A stretch of DNA of 64,000 nt from Desulfurococcaceae archaeon (GTDB lineage: Archaea > Thermoproteota > Thermoprotei_A > Sulfolobales > Desulfurococcaceae): contig JAWAJB010000004.1 of assembly GCA_038888155.1 (NCBI GenBank), positions 64,001-128,000 on the forward strand, given 5' to 3'. The notes below the pieces were generated by a model. The model was given only the letters and a program-made list of their open reading frames with translations. It had not been told where the DNA came from and made no database searches. Numbering within the stretch: position 1 is the first letter of the stretch; every line of letters starts with the position of its first letter. Positions 38,294 to 47,316 of this stretch are shown piece by piece. Both the position numbers and the translations under genes were made by a program.

Positions 38294-38803
38294 TCAGGGC
38301 TTCCACCAATTAAATATAAGGTATTTTATTTCCCCCTCCCCGCTTATTACTGCAACTACAAGTTTTTTCCTAACAGAGTGCAATAGCCTCCCCGCCCTTA
38401 CAAGCTCTATTGGGTCTATGCTCTCGCGACTGCCGTAAACTAGCACGCCAAAAGGGGCGTGATCGACTCCAGGTCCGACTCTGTAGATCAAGTAATCGCA
38501 CCCGAATTTTAACCCACGCCTGATCACAAATCCTCTGGTTTTTAAGTCGCTGTAAACCGCGTACAGCGGGTTGAACTTGTCAATATTCTTCTCGCTAATG
38601 CTAATTAGTTCCTTATATTCAAGTGTTTTCCCGTTTTTTATTACATCTATAACTCCCTTCTCAACTAAGTAGGATGCCTCAATCAATGAGAGCTCGAGTG
38701 GAGCGCGTATGTTTTTATCCCTCGGCTTACTAATGCCGAGGAAGGTCCCATAATAGCCGTTCCAGTATATTTGGTTAGCGCAATAGTAGTCGAATACTAC
38801 CAC
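38294..38803 (-). CDS. endA: tRNA splicing endonuclease, catalytic subunit (real start probably upstream, near 38887)
   Basis: LSLIEA.YL, GLKFGCDYLIY, HAPF, HSVRKK (Tyr/His/Lys triad); crenarchaeal loop GTFLGISKP. Confidence 0.93.
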   Translation of the reverse strand: MVVFDYYCANQIYWNGYYGTFLGISKPRDKNIRAPLELSLIEASYLVEKGVIDVIKNGKTLEYKELISISEKNIDKFNPLYAVYSDLKTRGFVIRRGLKFGCDYLIYRVGPGVDHAPFGVLVYGSRESIDPIELVRAGRLLHSVRKKLVVAVISGEGEIKYLIFNWWKP

Positions 38804-38856
38804 TCTTCCGCCTAGAAGGAATCCGCGACACTTCGGCGTAAAACTATCAGTATCTA

Positions 38857-39528
38857 CTACATGGCTGATTTCACTAGGGCCAGATATCGTACTTCTTCAC
38901 CAATGCTCTTCAGGAAATCGCTTATATCCTCTAAGTGCTCAAAGATGTCTTTGAGTATAAGTAAGGCCGTTATGTAGCCTGAATACCTGTTGTATATCTC
39001 AAACAAGCTTTTCCTAAAGATGGTGTCTATATCCTCCTCGATAATGAACACTGCATTCAGCTCTTCGAAGACTTTTTTGGGCGAAAGCCTGATTTTGGGC
39101 AATGCGTTTTCAATGGCATCTAGCTGCTTTTTCTCTAATTCAACGATCTTGACAAAAGTATCTATAAAGGTCCTATCGAACATTACCTTGTTTTCCCTAG
39201 CCAACAGTATTCTGTAAGCTACTGCATCTACTTGCTGAATGATTCTGTCGAGCATCTCCACTAAGTTGATGTAAGTTGAGGAGTAGGGCACTATTTCAGT
39301 GCTCCTTATTAGGTACTCCATTATTAGAGTTTTAAGTTGCTCGCCCCTATTCTTAGTGTTCCTCATTTTCTCGTAAAGTCCTCTGGTCTCAACTTCTGAT
39401 CGCTCGCTGTAATAGTTCTTCAGCATCACGTTAAGGTCCTCAAGCTCATCTCTCACAACCCTGCACATATTGATGAGCTGTTCTGCCGTGGTCATCTCCA
39501 CTATGGATTCGCGCCTTTCCACGATCAA
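38857..39528 (-). CDS. DUF47/PhoU-like phosphate transport regulator
   Basis: Helical repeats, EEDIDTIFR and LEDISD motifs. Confidence 0.75.
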   Translation of the reverse strand: MIVERRESIVEMTTAEQLINMCRVVRDELEDLNVMLKNYYSERSEVETRGLYEKMRNTKNRGEQLKTLIMEYLIRSTEIVPYSSTYINLVEMLDRIIQQVDAVAYRILLARENKVMFDRTFIDTFVKIVELEKKQLDAIENALPKIRLSPKKVFEELNAVFIIEEDIDTIFRKSLFEIYNRYSGYITALLILKDIFEHLEDISDFLKSIGEEVRYLALVKSAM

Positions 39529-39606
39529 TTGTCACACCTTAACATTCTAGTTAGAAATATCAGCTAAGAGGCTTTTAAGGAATATTTAGCTATAGGGGAA
39601 TTAAAA

Positions 39607-41241
39607 GTGAATATTGCTGTAGTTGACTCATTGGGAAGAGCCAGCGGGGATAGATATTCTACCTTCGATGTTGTAGGCGCGGGTCCGCGCATAGTGGCAG
39701 GGATTGCAGAGAAACACGGAAGTGTTGCCTTCTACACCTATGAAAAGGCTACAAGGAAATTAGACGAGTTAGTCAAAGAGAACATTGTCCTAATTTCTGC
39801 TATGAGCAGTGATTACAACGCATTGAGTAAATTTGTTTTAGAGCTGAGAAGGAAACAATTTAGGGGTAAAGTAATAGCCGGAGGGCCAATTAGCTTCGAG
39901 TACTGGAGAGTTCTCCAGGAGCTCCCCGTGGACCTAGTAATAGTAGGGGAGGGCGAAATACCACTCGAAAAGCTCCTAAAGAGCTTAGAAGAATCCAAAG
40001 ATATTAGCGAAGTTCCTGCATTGGCGTACAGAGATAATGCAGGCACAATTAAACTAACCTCTAGGCATCTACACACACCTAAGGAGTTGCTCTCCGCAAT
40101 TAAGCCGTGGACGAAAGTTAACGAGGGGTTTGAGTTCCCCCAATTGTACAGGTTCTACGTGGAAATAGTGAGAGGGTGCAGTAATTTCGCGAGGCCAATG
40201 ATTGATCTACCCGGGACAGCTTGTAAAGAGTGTTTAAAATGTAGAAGCGACAACCTAGTAGACAGACTGACATGCCCTGCTGGAATACCTCCAGGATGCG
40301 GCTTCTGCAGCGTCCCGCATATGTTTGGACCTCCGAGGAGTAGAGAGATTAAATCTATTAAAGAGGAAGTTGAGAACTTAATTAGCCACGGCGCACGTAG
40401 GATAGTGCTTAGTGCGCCAGACTTCCTTGACTACGGTAGAGAGGAGCTTGTTAACGGGCCTCTTACTAATCCCTGTAACCCTCCAGCTAATATCGAGTTA
40501 ATTGAAGAGCTGTTAAATCAGCTCCACGCCATAGACGCTGTGAGCAACAAAAAAGTGGTGATTTCAGCTGAAAACATTAAGGCCTGTCTAGTGACCGATG
40601 AGGTTGGCAAAGTTTTGGGGAGATACTTGCGGGGAACAACTATTCACATAGGGCTTGAGACCTGCACGAATTGGTTCAACAGCAAAGTTTTAGGCAAACC
40701 AATAACTGTTGAACAGGTAATCAAAGCATCAAGAATACTCAAGGACTGCGGACTTAGACCATATGTTTACCTAATGTACGGCCTTCCCTTAGCCAGCAGG
40801 AGAATTTACGAGGATATGATCAGCAGCATTAGCAAATTGTGGAGCTGCGGCGTTGAAAAGATAACTCTCTACAAGTTCGTTAACCTGCCGGGAACAGCTT
40901 TCAGCGACATAAAGGTAAACGCAGAAAAAGCCCGAAATGTGATCTACAGGCTCAAGAAAGCTGTAGACGCGTATAATACAGCAACGAAGAGACAGCTAGT
41001 GGGAAAGGAAATTGAGGTGTTCCTCCTAGAGAGAGATGGGAAGGTATATGGGTACCCGGCTTACCACGGCCCTGTTGTTTTCGTAGCAGTTAAAAACAAA
41101 GTGAGAGATAATTTAAGCGGATGTAAAGGATATGTGAGGATCGCTGATTTCAGTAGGCGGTTTGTACGAGGAGAGCTCCTTAGGCTCTCAGAGTGCTTCG
41201 AATTTCCTCAAGTATCTGCAGGAGATGGGATGCCTCCCTAG
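39607..41241 (+). CDS. B12-binding radical SAM protein with split Cys motif and TRAM-like C-terminus
   Basis: GGP, GEGE, RGC...GCGFC. Confidence 0.85.
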   Translation: MNIAVVDSLGRASGDRYSTFDVVGAGPRIVAGIAEKHGSVAFYTYEKATRKLDELVKENIVLISAMSSDYNALSKFVLELRRKQFRGKVIAGGPISFEYWRVLQELPVDLVIVGEGEIPLEKLLKSLEESKDISEVPALAYRDNAGTIKLTSRHLHTPKELLSAIKPWTKVNEGFEFPQLYRFYVEIVRGCSNFARPMIDLPGTACKECLKCRSDNLVDRLTCPAGIPPGCGFCSVPHMFGPPRSREIKSIKEEVENLISHGARRIVLSAPDFLDYGREELVNGPLTNPCNPPANIELIEELLNQLHAIDAVSNKKVVISAENIKACLVTDEVGKVLGRYLRGTTIHIGLETCTNWFNSKVLGKPITVEQVIKASRILKDCGLRPYVYLMYGLPLASRRIYEDMISSISKLWSCGVEKITLYKFVNLPGTAFSDIKVNAEKARNVIYRLKKAVDAYNTATKRQLVGKEIEVFLLERDGKVYGYPAYHGPVVFVAVKNKVRDNLSGCKGYVRIADFSRRFVRGELLRLSECFEFPQVSAGDGMPP

Positions 41242-41566
41242 CTTTATCTGCGTGCATCTGGCTATCAAGAACGTCTATTAGTTCTTTCAGAATAGTAGAT
41301 ATGTAGGGCAGGCTGACCAGTAAAGCTGTCCTATAATACACACTGATGTATTTCACTAGTTTATCATCCTCTTTATTTAAATCAATGATGCTTTTAGCGT
41401 CAAGTAGAGCTTGAAGGGCGTACGAAGTCATACTTCTAGTCAGATCTATGAACTTTGAGGCCCTCTCAAGACTCCGAGTTGATATAGCTAGCTTGCCCTC
41501 TTTAATTGTCTCCTCGCAGTCATCTACGAGTCTTTTTATAGATATTAGCGTGCTTTGGAGATCCAT
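41180..41566 (-). CDS. Hypothetical helical protein
   Basis: 128 aa, TAATG-coupled to the upstream gene. Confidence 0.65.
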   Translation of the reverse strand: MDLQSTLISIKRLVDDCEETIKEGKLAISTRSLERASKFIDLTRSMTSYALQALLDAKSIIDLNKEDDKLVKYISVYYRTALLVSLPYISTILKELIDVLDSQMHADKAREASHLLQILEEIRSTLRA

Positions 41567-41961
41567 TAAGCCCCCTTGCTTTTTCTAATCGTAGCAATAC
41601 TGTTGTCAGAAACTCCTTGCCTCTCTAAATCACCGGGGTAAACTGCAACGGCATTTTCGCCGGATTCTATAACCTCAGCCTTTAAGATTGTCTTCTTCTT
41701 TCCTGCAACAACTACCTCAACAACGTCGCCATTTCTTACTCCAAGCTCCTTTGCAACTTGCGAGGGAACTCTTGCAATAGGTCTATCTAAGCTCCTATCA
41801 AAGCGTATCCTGATCCTCTTCTCCGAAATAACTTTCTTTTCGCCTCTCAGCTCAGAAACAGGAGGAATTATTGATATGAGCTTGGAGATATCCAACTTGG
41901 ATTTCTCGGATCCTGCAGCTTGCTCTGGGATCTCTTCGTCTCTCTGAGACATAGAGTGCAA
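41566..41961 (-). CDS. Stand-alone double-psi beta-barrel protein (Cdc48 N-domain-like)
   Basis: IARVPSQVAKELGVRNGDVVEV aligns with Cdc48 [22 protein letters not shown] in this window. Confidence 0.65.
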   Translation of the reverse strand: MHSMSQRDEEIPEQAAGSEKSKLDISKLISIIPPVSELRGEKKVISEKRIRIRFDRSLDRPIARVPSQVAKELGVRNGDVVEVVVAGKKKTILKAEVIESGENAVAVYPGDLERQGVSDNSIATIRKSKGA

Positions 41962-42001
41962 CCTTGAAAGTAGCCTTCAAGGATAAAAATATCCGTAGAG
42001 G

Positions 42002-43804
42002 CTAATATATAATAGCCACGTTCCCTATGTGGCTCATCAAAAATGCCTCCAGTTCGCTTGTTTTAACTCTAATTTGCTGGGTGGTATTTCTATCCCTAAC
42101 GGTAACAGTGCTGTCCTCCAGCGTCTGATGATCAACTGTTATGGCAAATGGTACACCTATCTCGTCAGCCCTTGCATATCTCCTGCCAATGCTTCCTTCC
42201 TCATCGTAGAACACCCTGAAACCACACTTTAAGAGCCCCCTGTATATTTCCCTCGATATGCTGACCATTTTTTGATGCTCGGGCTTTTTCCCGACAAGTA
42301 GCGGGAAGACTGCTGCATGATATGGTGCAATGTAAGGAGGTACCTTTAGCACTGATTTGCCTTCTCTCTCATCGTAAGAATGATCTAACACTACGTACAA
42401 AAGCCTCTCCAGGCCAAACGAGGGTTCAGCCACGTGAGGGTATATCTTCTTCCCATATAGCTTGGTTTCCTCCTTCCTTACAAAGAAACACTCAGATGGA
42501 AGATTAATCCCCATGACAGCTACATAGCCTCGTGACTCTAGCTCTTTGTATAGGTCCTCAGGGGAGCGCATTGAAAGCTGTCTCATGATCTCAGCTAGTT
42601 TCTCAGAGCCTACGTTTCTCTCTATGAGGGTGGGGTTTGGGTAAGCCCTCTCAATGTGAACTGTTAGTGGTTCATCGTATCTCTTAAAGTAGGTATAATC
42701 CCCTTCGCTATACTTTGCGTGCTGTTCAAGATCATAGCTTGTCCTGTAGGCATAGCCAGCAATCTCTATCCAGCCGAACCTAGAAGTATATACCTCTTGA
42801 TCAAAAGTTTGCATTGAGTAGTGAGCTCGCTCGTGCGGAAACTTCTCTACAAACCTAATCTTATCATCTTGTATACCCAGGCTCTTTATGAATTTATTCC
42901 CTACTCCCATCCAGTATGCTAGCCAAGGAGTTTTCACTAACTTGTTTTCAATGAGCTCTTTGACCGCGAGGACTTGTGGCTCTTCAATTTTCTTGACCCT
43001 CGATCCTGCGAATATTACCCTCAGTTTCTCCTCTGCCACATCGCTAAGCACTTCTTGGATCTCCTTCTCTGCTTCCTCTGGATCAAAAAAGAACTCAAGC
43101 TCCATTATATTGAATTCCCTTAAGCGCAACAAACCCTGCCTTGGGGAGATCTCGTTTCTAGCGACTTTGCCGACTTGAGCTACCCCTACCGGTAGCTTAT
43201 TCCTTGAAAACCTTAACACGCTCTGAAAGTTTATGAACATGCCTTGAGCGTGCTCGGGCCTCAGGTAGGCTCGGTCGCCCCTGTAAGGGCCGATCTCGGT
43301 AATGAATAGGAGCTGGGTGTAAAACGCTGGATTGAAGTCTCCTCCGCACTCAGGGCACTTTAAGTTATGCTCTTTAATGGTTCTATCAATTTCGCTTAGG
43401 TTTAGGCCTTCTACGTTTATGCCAATCACATCTTTTATGAGATGATCGGCCCTATAAATCTTATGACACTTTGAGCACTCGATTATGGGATCAGTAAAGT
43501 GTTCTTCGTGACCGCTGGCTTTGAAAACTATGCTTGGGTTTATCAATGGTGTCTCAATTTCAATGACTTGTGCCTGCGTATAGACAAAATACCTCAACCA
43601 AAGGTTCATGATATTTCTCTTAAGTAAAACCCCTACAGGCCCAAAGTCGTAAAACCCTGCTATACCTCCGTAGGCTTCAAAAGATGGCCAAAACAACCCC
43701 CTCTTCTTTGCCAAATCCATTATCTTCTCGTACTTATTTTGCATATTTGTTTCACTCTGATCCTTCAAGTCAATGACCCTTGGTTTGCTCATTAAACAAA
43801 GCAA
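42002..43804 (-). CDS. glyS: Glycyl-tRNA synthetase (alpha2 type)
   Basis: ASGH..FTDP, RNEISPRQGLLRLREF, EPSFGLER, GSIGRRYARADEIG. Confidence 0.96.
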   Translation of the reverse strand: MLCLMSKPRVIDLKDQSETNMQNKYEKIMDLAKKRGLFWPSFEAYGGIAGFYDFGPVGVLLKRNIMNLWLRYFVYTQAQVIEIETPLINPSIVFKASGHEEHFTDPIIECSKCHKIYRADHLIKDVIGINVEGLNLSEIDRTIKEHNLKCPECGGDFNPAFYTQLLFITEIGPYRGDRAYLRPEHAQGMFINFQSVLRFSRNKLPVGVAQVGKVARNEISPRQGLLRLREFNIMELEFFFDPEEAEKEIQEVLSDVAEEKLRVIFAGSRVKKIEEPQVLAVKELIENKLVKTPWLAYWMGVGNKFIKSLGIQDDKIRFVEKFPHERAHYSMQTFDQEVYTSRFGWIEIAGYAYRTSYDLEQHAKYSEGDYTYFKRYDEPLTVHIERAYPNPTLIERNVGSEKLAEIMRQLSMRSPEDLYKELESRGYVAVMGINLPSECFFVRKEETKLYGKKIYPHVAEPSFGLERLLYVVLDHSYDEREGKSVLKVPPYIAPYHAAVFPLLVGKKPEHQKMVSISREIYRGLLKCGFRVFYDEEGSIGRRYARADEIGVPFAITVDHQTLEDSTVTVRDRNTTQQIRVKTSELEAFLMSHIGNVAIIY

Positions 43805-43871
43805 TATAATTGGGGCGTTAAATAAGTTAAAACTACAGCCGCTTAATTGTTAGGGTGTAGGTGTTTGCTCT

Positions 43872-44735
43872 ATGGCTTGGAAAACGTTGCTCTTAAGCCA
43901 GTCTTTTGGCTGTACTGAGGGCAGGGATTCCCCTGTAGCTGTGATTGGCATTCCACTAGATTACACGAACACCTATAGACCGGGAAGTAGGTTCGCCCCA
44001 CAGAAGATGCGGGAAGCAGCTTGCAACTTAGAGCTATACAGCTTGTGGGAAGACTTTCCATTAGAGGAGATTGGGTTTAAAGACTACGGCGATATCCTTT
44101 TGCCCTCAGGAGATGTCGTAAAAGCCCTTGAGAGAATAGAGTTCGTTCTACAAAATTTAAGGCAGGAGCACAACGGCTTTATTGTTTTGCTGGGAGGAGA
44201 GCACTTAGTTACATATCCAGCAGTAAGAGCTTTAAAGGACGAGATAGATACGCTCGTGGTTTTCGATGCGCATTTAGACCTTAGGAGCGAGTACTTAGGC
44301 TCTACGTTAAACCACGCTACTTTTCTACGGAAAATCGCGGAAGACAACATAAATATACTGCACATAGGTTCTAGGGCTTACAGCAAGGAAGAGCTCGAAT
44401 ACGCTAATAAAGCCAACATTAAATTGATTAAAGCCCGAGAGGCTAGCCCTCACAGTATAGACCTGGAAGAGCTTGAGCGCGTGTACATAAGTCTCGATAT
44501 GGACGTATTTGATCCTTCTATTGCACCTGGCGTATCTAACCCAGAGCCATTCGGGTTAAGCCACTTCGCTGTGGTTTCTATACTTAAGGAAGTGTTCAGT
44601 AAATCAAGCAAGGTAGTTGCCTTCGACTTAGTGGAGTTAAATCCCCTAGTAGACTACAGCGACATAACAAGTATCCTCGCTGCCAAGTTCATAATAGAAG
44701 TTGGAGGCCTTCTCTTGAAGAAAGGCCGTAATTGA
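43872..44735 (+). CDS. speB: Agmatinase (ureohydrolase family)
   Basis: RPGSRFAP, GGEH, DAHLD, SLDMDVFD, ELNP. Confidence 0.92.
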   Translation: MAWKTLLLSQSFGCTEGRDSPVAVIGIPLDYTNTYRPGSRFAPQKMREAACNLELYSLWEDFPLEEIGFKDYGDILLPSGDVVKALERIEFVLQNLRQEHNGFIVLLGGEHLVTYPAVRALKDEIDTLVVFDAHLDLRSEYLGSTLNHATFLRKIAEDNINILHIGSRAYSKEELEYANKANIKLIKAREASPHSIDLEELERVYISLDMDVFDPSIAPGVSNPEPFGLSHFAVVSILKEVFSKSSKVVAFDLVELNPLVDYSDITSILAAKFIIEVGGLLLKKGRN

Positions 44736-44838
44736 GAAGTCCTGGACAAAGGATAAAAGAACCGCTTGAGGGTTTTAATGTATATTAAGGAGAGGCGAGG
44801 AATAGAGAGCAACATGCCGAGTATCTAAAGCAGAGGAA

Positions 44839-44988
44839 TTATACAGCTCTTATAATTCTATACGTTCTAGCTACTTTGTAGACAATTTCGTACGTGCACT
44901 TGGGGCACCTTACTTGCCTGCCATAAGTTCTGACCATTTCTTCGGAGTCAAAAACGTATCCGCACCTGCCGCATTTGTACTTTGCCAT
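44839..44988 (-). CDS. rpoP: RNA polymerase subunit Rpo12/P
   Basis: MAKYKCGRCG..VRCPKC.YEIVYKV. Confidence 0.92.
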   Translation of the reverse strand: MAKYKCGRCGYVFDSEEMVRTYGRQVRCPKCTYEIVYKVARTYRIIRAV

Positions 44989-45095
44989 AACGACTTCCCC
45001 TAAGCAAATAACTCTCTCTCCATTTATCAATATAAATCAGGTTTTTAAGTCTTTAGTAGTAATTAGTATTGATAAGCTCGGTGATGTAAAGAAAC

Positions 45096-45407
45096 ATGTC
45101 TAGCCTAGAGTGCGGAGGTTTGCCCACAGAGATATGTGAAAGGTTAATAGTGGATCAACCGTTAATAAAAATACGGCTGGATACTAGAAAGTTCGGGAAG
45201 GCTGTCACTGTAGTTGATGGGCTACCAAACGATAAAGATCTCCTAAAGCATATAGCTAGGTATTTTAAAACTAAGCTCGCTACAGGCGGCACATATAGAG
45301 AGGAAGAGGGCAGAATAGAGCTTCAGGGTGATCAGAGGCAAAGAGTGAAGCAAATTCTCGTAGAGGAACTAGGCCTATCCCCAGAGAACATTATTGTAAC
45401 GAGCTGA
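45096..45407 (+). CDS. Translation initiation factor aIF1 (SUI1)
   Basis: GKAVTVVDGL, KLATGGT, IELQGD. Confidence 0.93.
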   Translation: MSSLECGGLPTEICERLIVDQPLIKIRLDTRKFGKAVTVVDGLPNDKDLLKHIARYFKTKLATGGTYREEEGRIELQGDQRQRVKQILVEELGLSPENIIVTS

Positions 45408-45510
45408 AATTTACTTGAAGGATTCCCCAAGGGACAGAACAACCTAGGAGCAAAAAGAGAGTTGTTCTGAATTTTCCTTTAATTTTTATTCCCTACAATT
45501 TTTAGTATCC

Positions 45511-46479
45511 CTATTCCTCAACCTCCATGCTAAGGGCCTTCATTAACTCCTTGCATCTATTTCTCACAGTAACCTCGGTTACTCCGGCTACATTAGCTAT
45601 TTCTTTCTGAGATCTTTCCTCGCCCAGTTTTTCACAAGCTAGGTATATAGCTGCTGCCGCGAGCCCGACTGGATCTTTTCCGCCCAGTACTCCTCCCTCC
45701 CTAGCCTTGTTGAGGATCTCAATAGCAATTCTCACCACGGAGCCCGATAGCCCGAGGGCATGAGCGATTCTGGGAACGAAGTCAGCTGGATCGCTAGTCG
45801 CCACCTTTATTCTGAGCTCTCTCAGTAAGAGTCTATAGCACCTAGCTATCTCTTTTCTACTAACCCTAGAGTACTCCTCTATTTCATCGAGTGTTCTCGG
45901 GAGCTTTCTCATTCTACACGCAAGGTAAACTGCAGCAGCGATAACGCTTTCAATGCTCCTTCCCCGAACCAGCCCTTTTTCAACAGCTTCACGGTAGATC
46001 TTTGCTACTTCCTCTCTTATATATGACGGCAAGTTGAGCAGATCCGCCAATCTATCTAACTCGTTCATGGCTTGCGCGAGATTTCTCTCAACGCTAGTTA
46101 GAATTCTAGTGCGGGCCTGCCACTTCCTAAGTTTATAGAGCTGGTATTTTTTGTTCACTAGAGTGCGGCCGGCTGCATCTCTATCGGCGTAGTCTATAGC
46201 TGTAGTAAAGCCCATGTCGTGGACAGTTGGTGTAATGGGCCCCCCTGTTCTCGCCCGTTTCTCCCTCTCCTCTGGCGTGAAAGCTCTCCACTCAGCTCTA
46301 TCGTCAATTACTCTATCCTCAATAACTTCGCCTGTGTCCGAGCAAATGTACTCTGCCCTGGATACATCGTAAATTACTTTCTCGGAGGGACAGGGAGGTT
46401 TTTTAGGCGGTTGTTTATTTGAGGGCTCTTGCGAGGATTGAGAAGAAGCATTATTTGAAGACTCATTTTCAGGAGACAT
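45511..46479 (-). CDS. tfb: Transcription factor B (main TFB)
   Basis: EWRAF, RLRKWQ-like [24 protein letters not shown]; start set at ATG 46479. Confidence 0.96.
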   Translation of the reverse strand: MSPENESSNNASSQSSQEPSNKQPPKKPPCPSEKVIYDVSRAEYICSDTGEVIEDRVIDDRAEWRAFTPEEREKRARTGGPITPTVHDMGFTTAIDYADRDAAGRTLVNKKYQLYKLRKWQARTRILTSVERNLAQAMNELDRLADLLNLPSYIREEVAKIYREAVEKGLVRGRSIESVIAAAVYLACRMRKLPRTLDEIEEYSRVSRKEIARCYRLLLRELRIKVATSDPADFVPRIAHALGLSGSVVRIAIEILNKAREGGVLGGKDPVGLAAAAIYLACEKLGEERSQKEIANVAGVTEVTVRNRCKELMKALSMEVEE

Positions 46480-46629
46480 AGAAACCCCCCAGAGCACATT
46501 TAAATGCCACTAAACACCCTTATAAACTTTACGCAAAATTTAAAAACCACCTAATTGAATATCCTTTTAAATCCTGAAGTCAGTTCTGTGTAAAAATTAA
46601 TAAGCCCAGTACAGAAAATTCACATAGAT

Positions 46630-46714
46630 AGCCGGGTCGTCTAGCGGCCAAGGATGCGGGGCTTTGGCCATTGGGAGAAACCCCGCGACCGGGGTTCGAA
46701 TCCCCGCCCGGCTA
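46630..46714 (+). tRNA. tRNA-Gln(UUG) with a 12-nt intron at 37/38 (46668-46679)
   Basis: AGCCGGG/CCCGGCT acceptor stem (A1-U72), anticodon TTG 46664-66, GGTTCGAATCC T arm; CCA not encoded. Confidence 0.95.
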
Positions 46715-46746
46715 TATTTTGTTTTGGCGCTCTTGTTCCACTAGCA

Positions 46747-47316
46747 CTATCTCAGAAGAGCTCGAGATATACTTGAAGCAATCTTATCGGCTAATCTCAA
46801 AGGCTCTGGAAGCGGGCTATATATGCAGGTGCCGTGTATTACCTTGATTGCTTCGCTAGGGCTAACTCCATGCGTGTACAACTTAATTGTTCTCCAGGGG
46901 GTCTCAACCGGGATCATCTTACTATATATTTCCCTTATTGTGTTATACCTACTTTGCCAATTATAGAAGTGCTTCCTCAATGCACACTCTATTCTCTCAA
47001 GATCTAATGGGTACATCTGAACAATAATCACACCTTTGCCAGTAGAAGCGTACAAGTAGAGAGGGTCAATAACGTCAAACCCTGCATAAGTTATTCCGTC
47101 TAGCACCAACAAGCTCCCGCTCATAGCTTTGGATATCTCCGAGATAGCTACAGTCGTGGTATTCATATCTACCTTAACGAGGCTCCACGCTACTTTAGAT
47201 GGATAAAAGATGTCTCTAACTTCTACTCCAACAATATAAGTTGATCCTCTGCCGCCCTTATACGCTACGGGGAAGTAGCCATCGTCATATGCCTCTATTA
47301 CTGGAGCGTTATACAA
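46747..47316 (-). CDS. DUF99 endonuclease-V-like protein
   Basis: DDGYF, LDGITYAGFDVID, PEPLRLAD. Confidence 0.85.
   Translation of the reverse strand: MYNAPVIEAYDDGYFPVAYKGGRGSTYIVGVEVRDIFYPSKVAWSLVKVDMNTTTVAISEISKAMSGSLLVLDGITYAGFDVIDPLYLYASTGKGVIIVQMYPLDLERIECALRKHFYNWQSRYNTIREIYSKMIPVETPWRTIKLYTHGVSPSEAIKVIHGTCIYSPLPEPLRLADKIASSISRALLR

Noticed and set aside
45435-45469. 9-bp inverted repeat CAGAACAAC/GTTGTTCTG between convergent aIF1 and tfb
   Set aside because: No credible C box or ACA motif; most simply a terminator-associated hairpin or chance.
46330-46400. Main TFB Zn ribbon with only two Cys
   Set aside because: Known feature of crenarchaeal TFB1.
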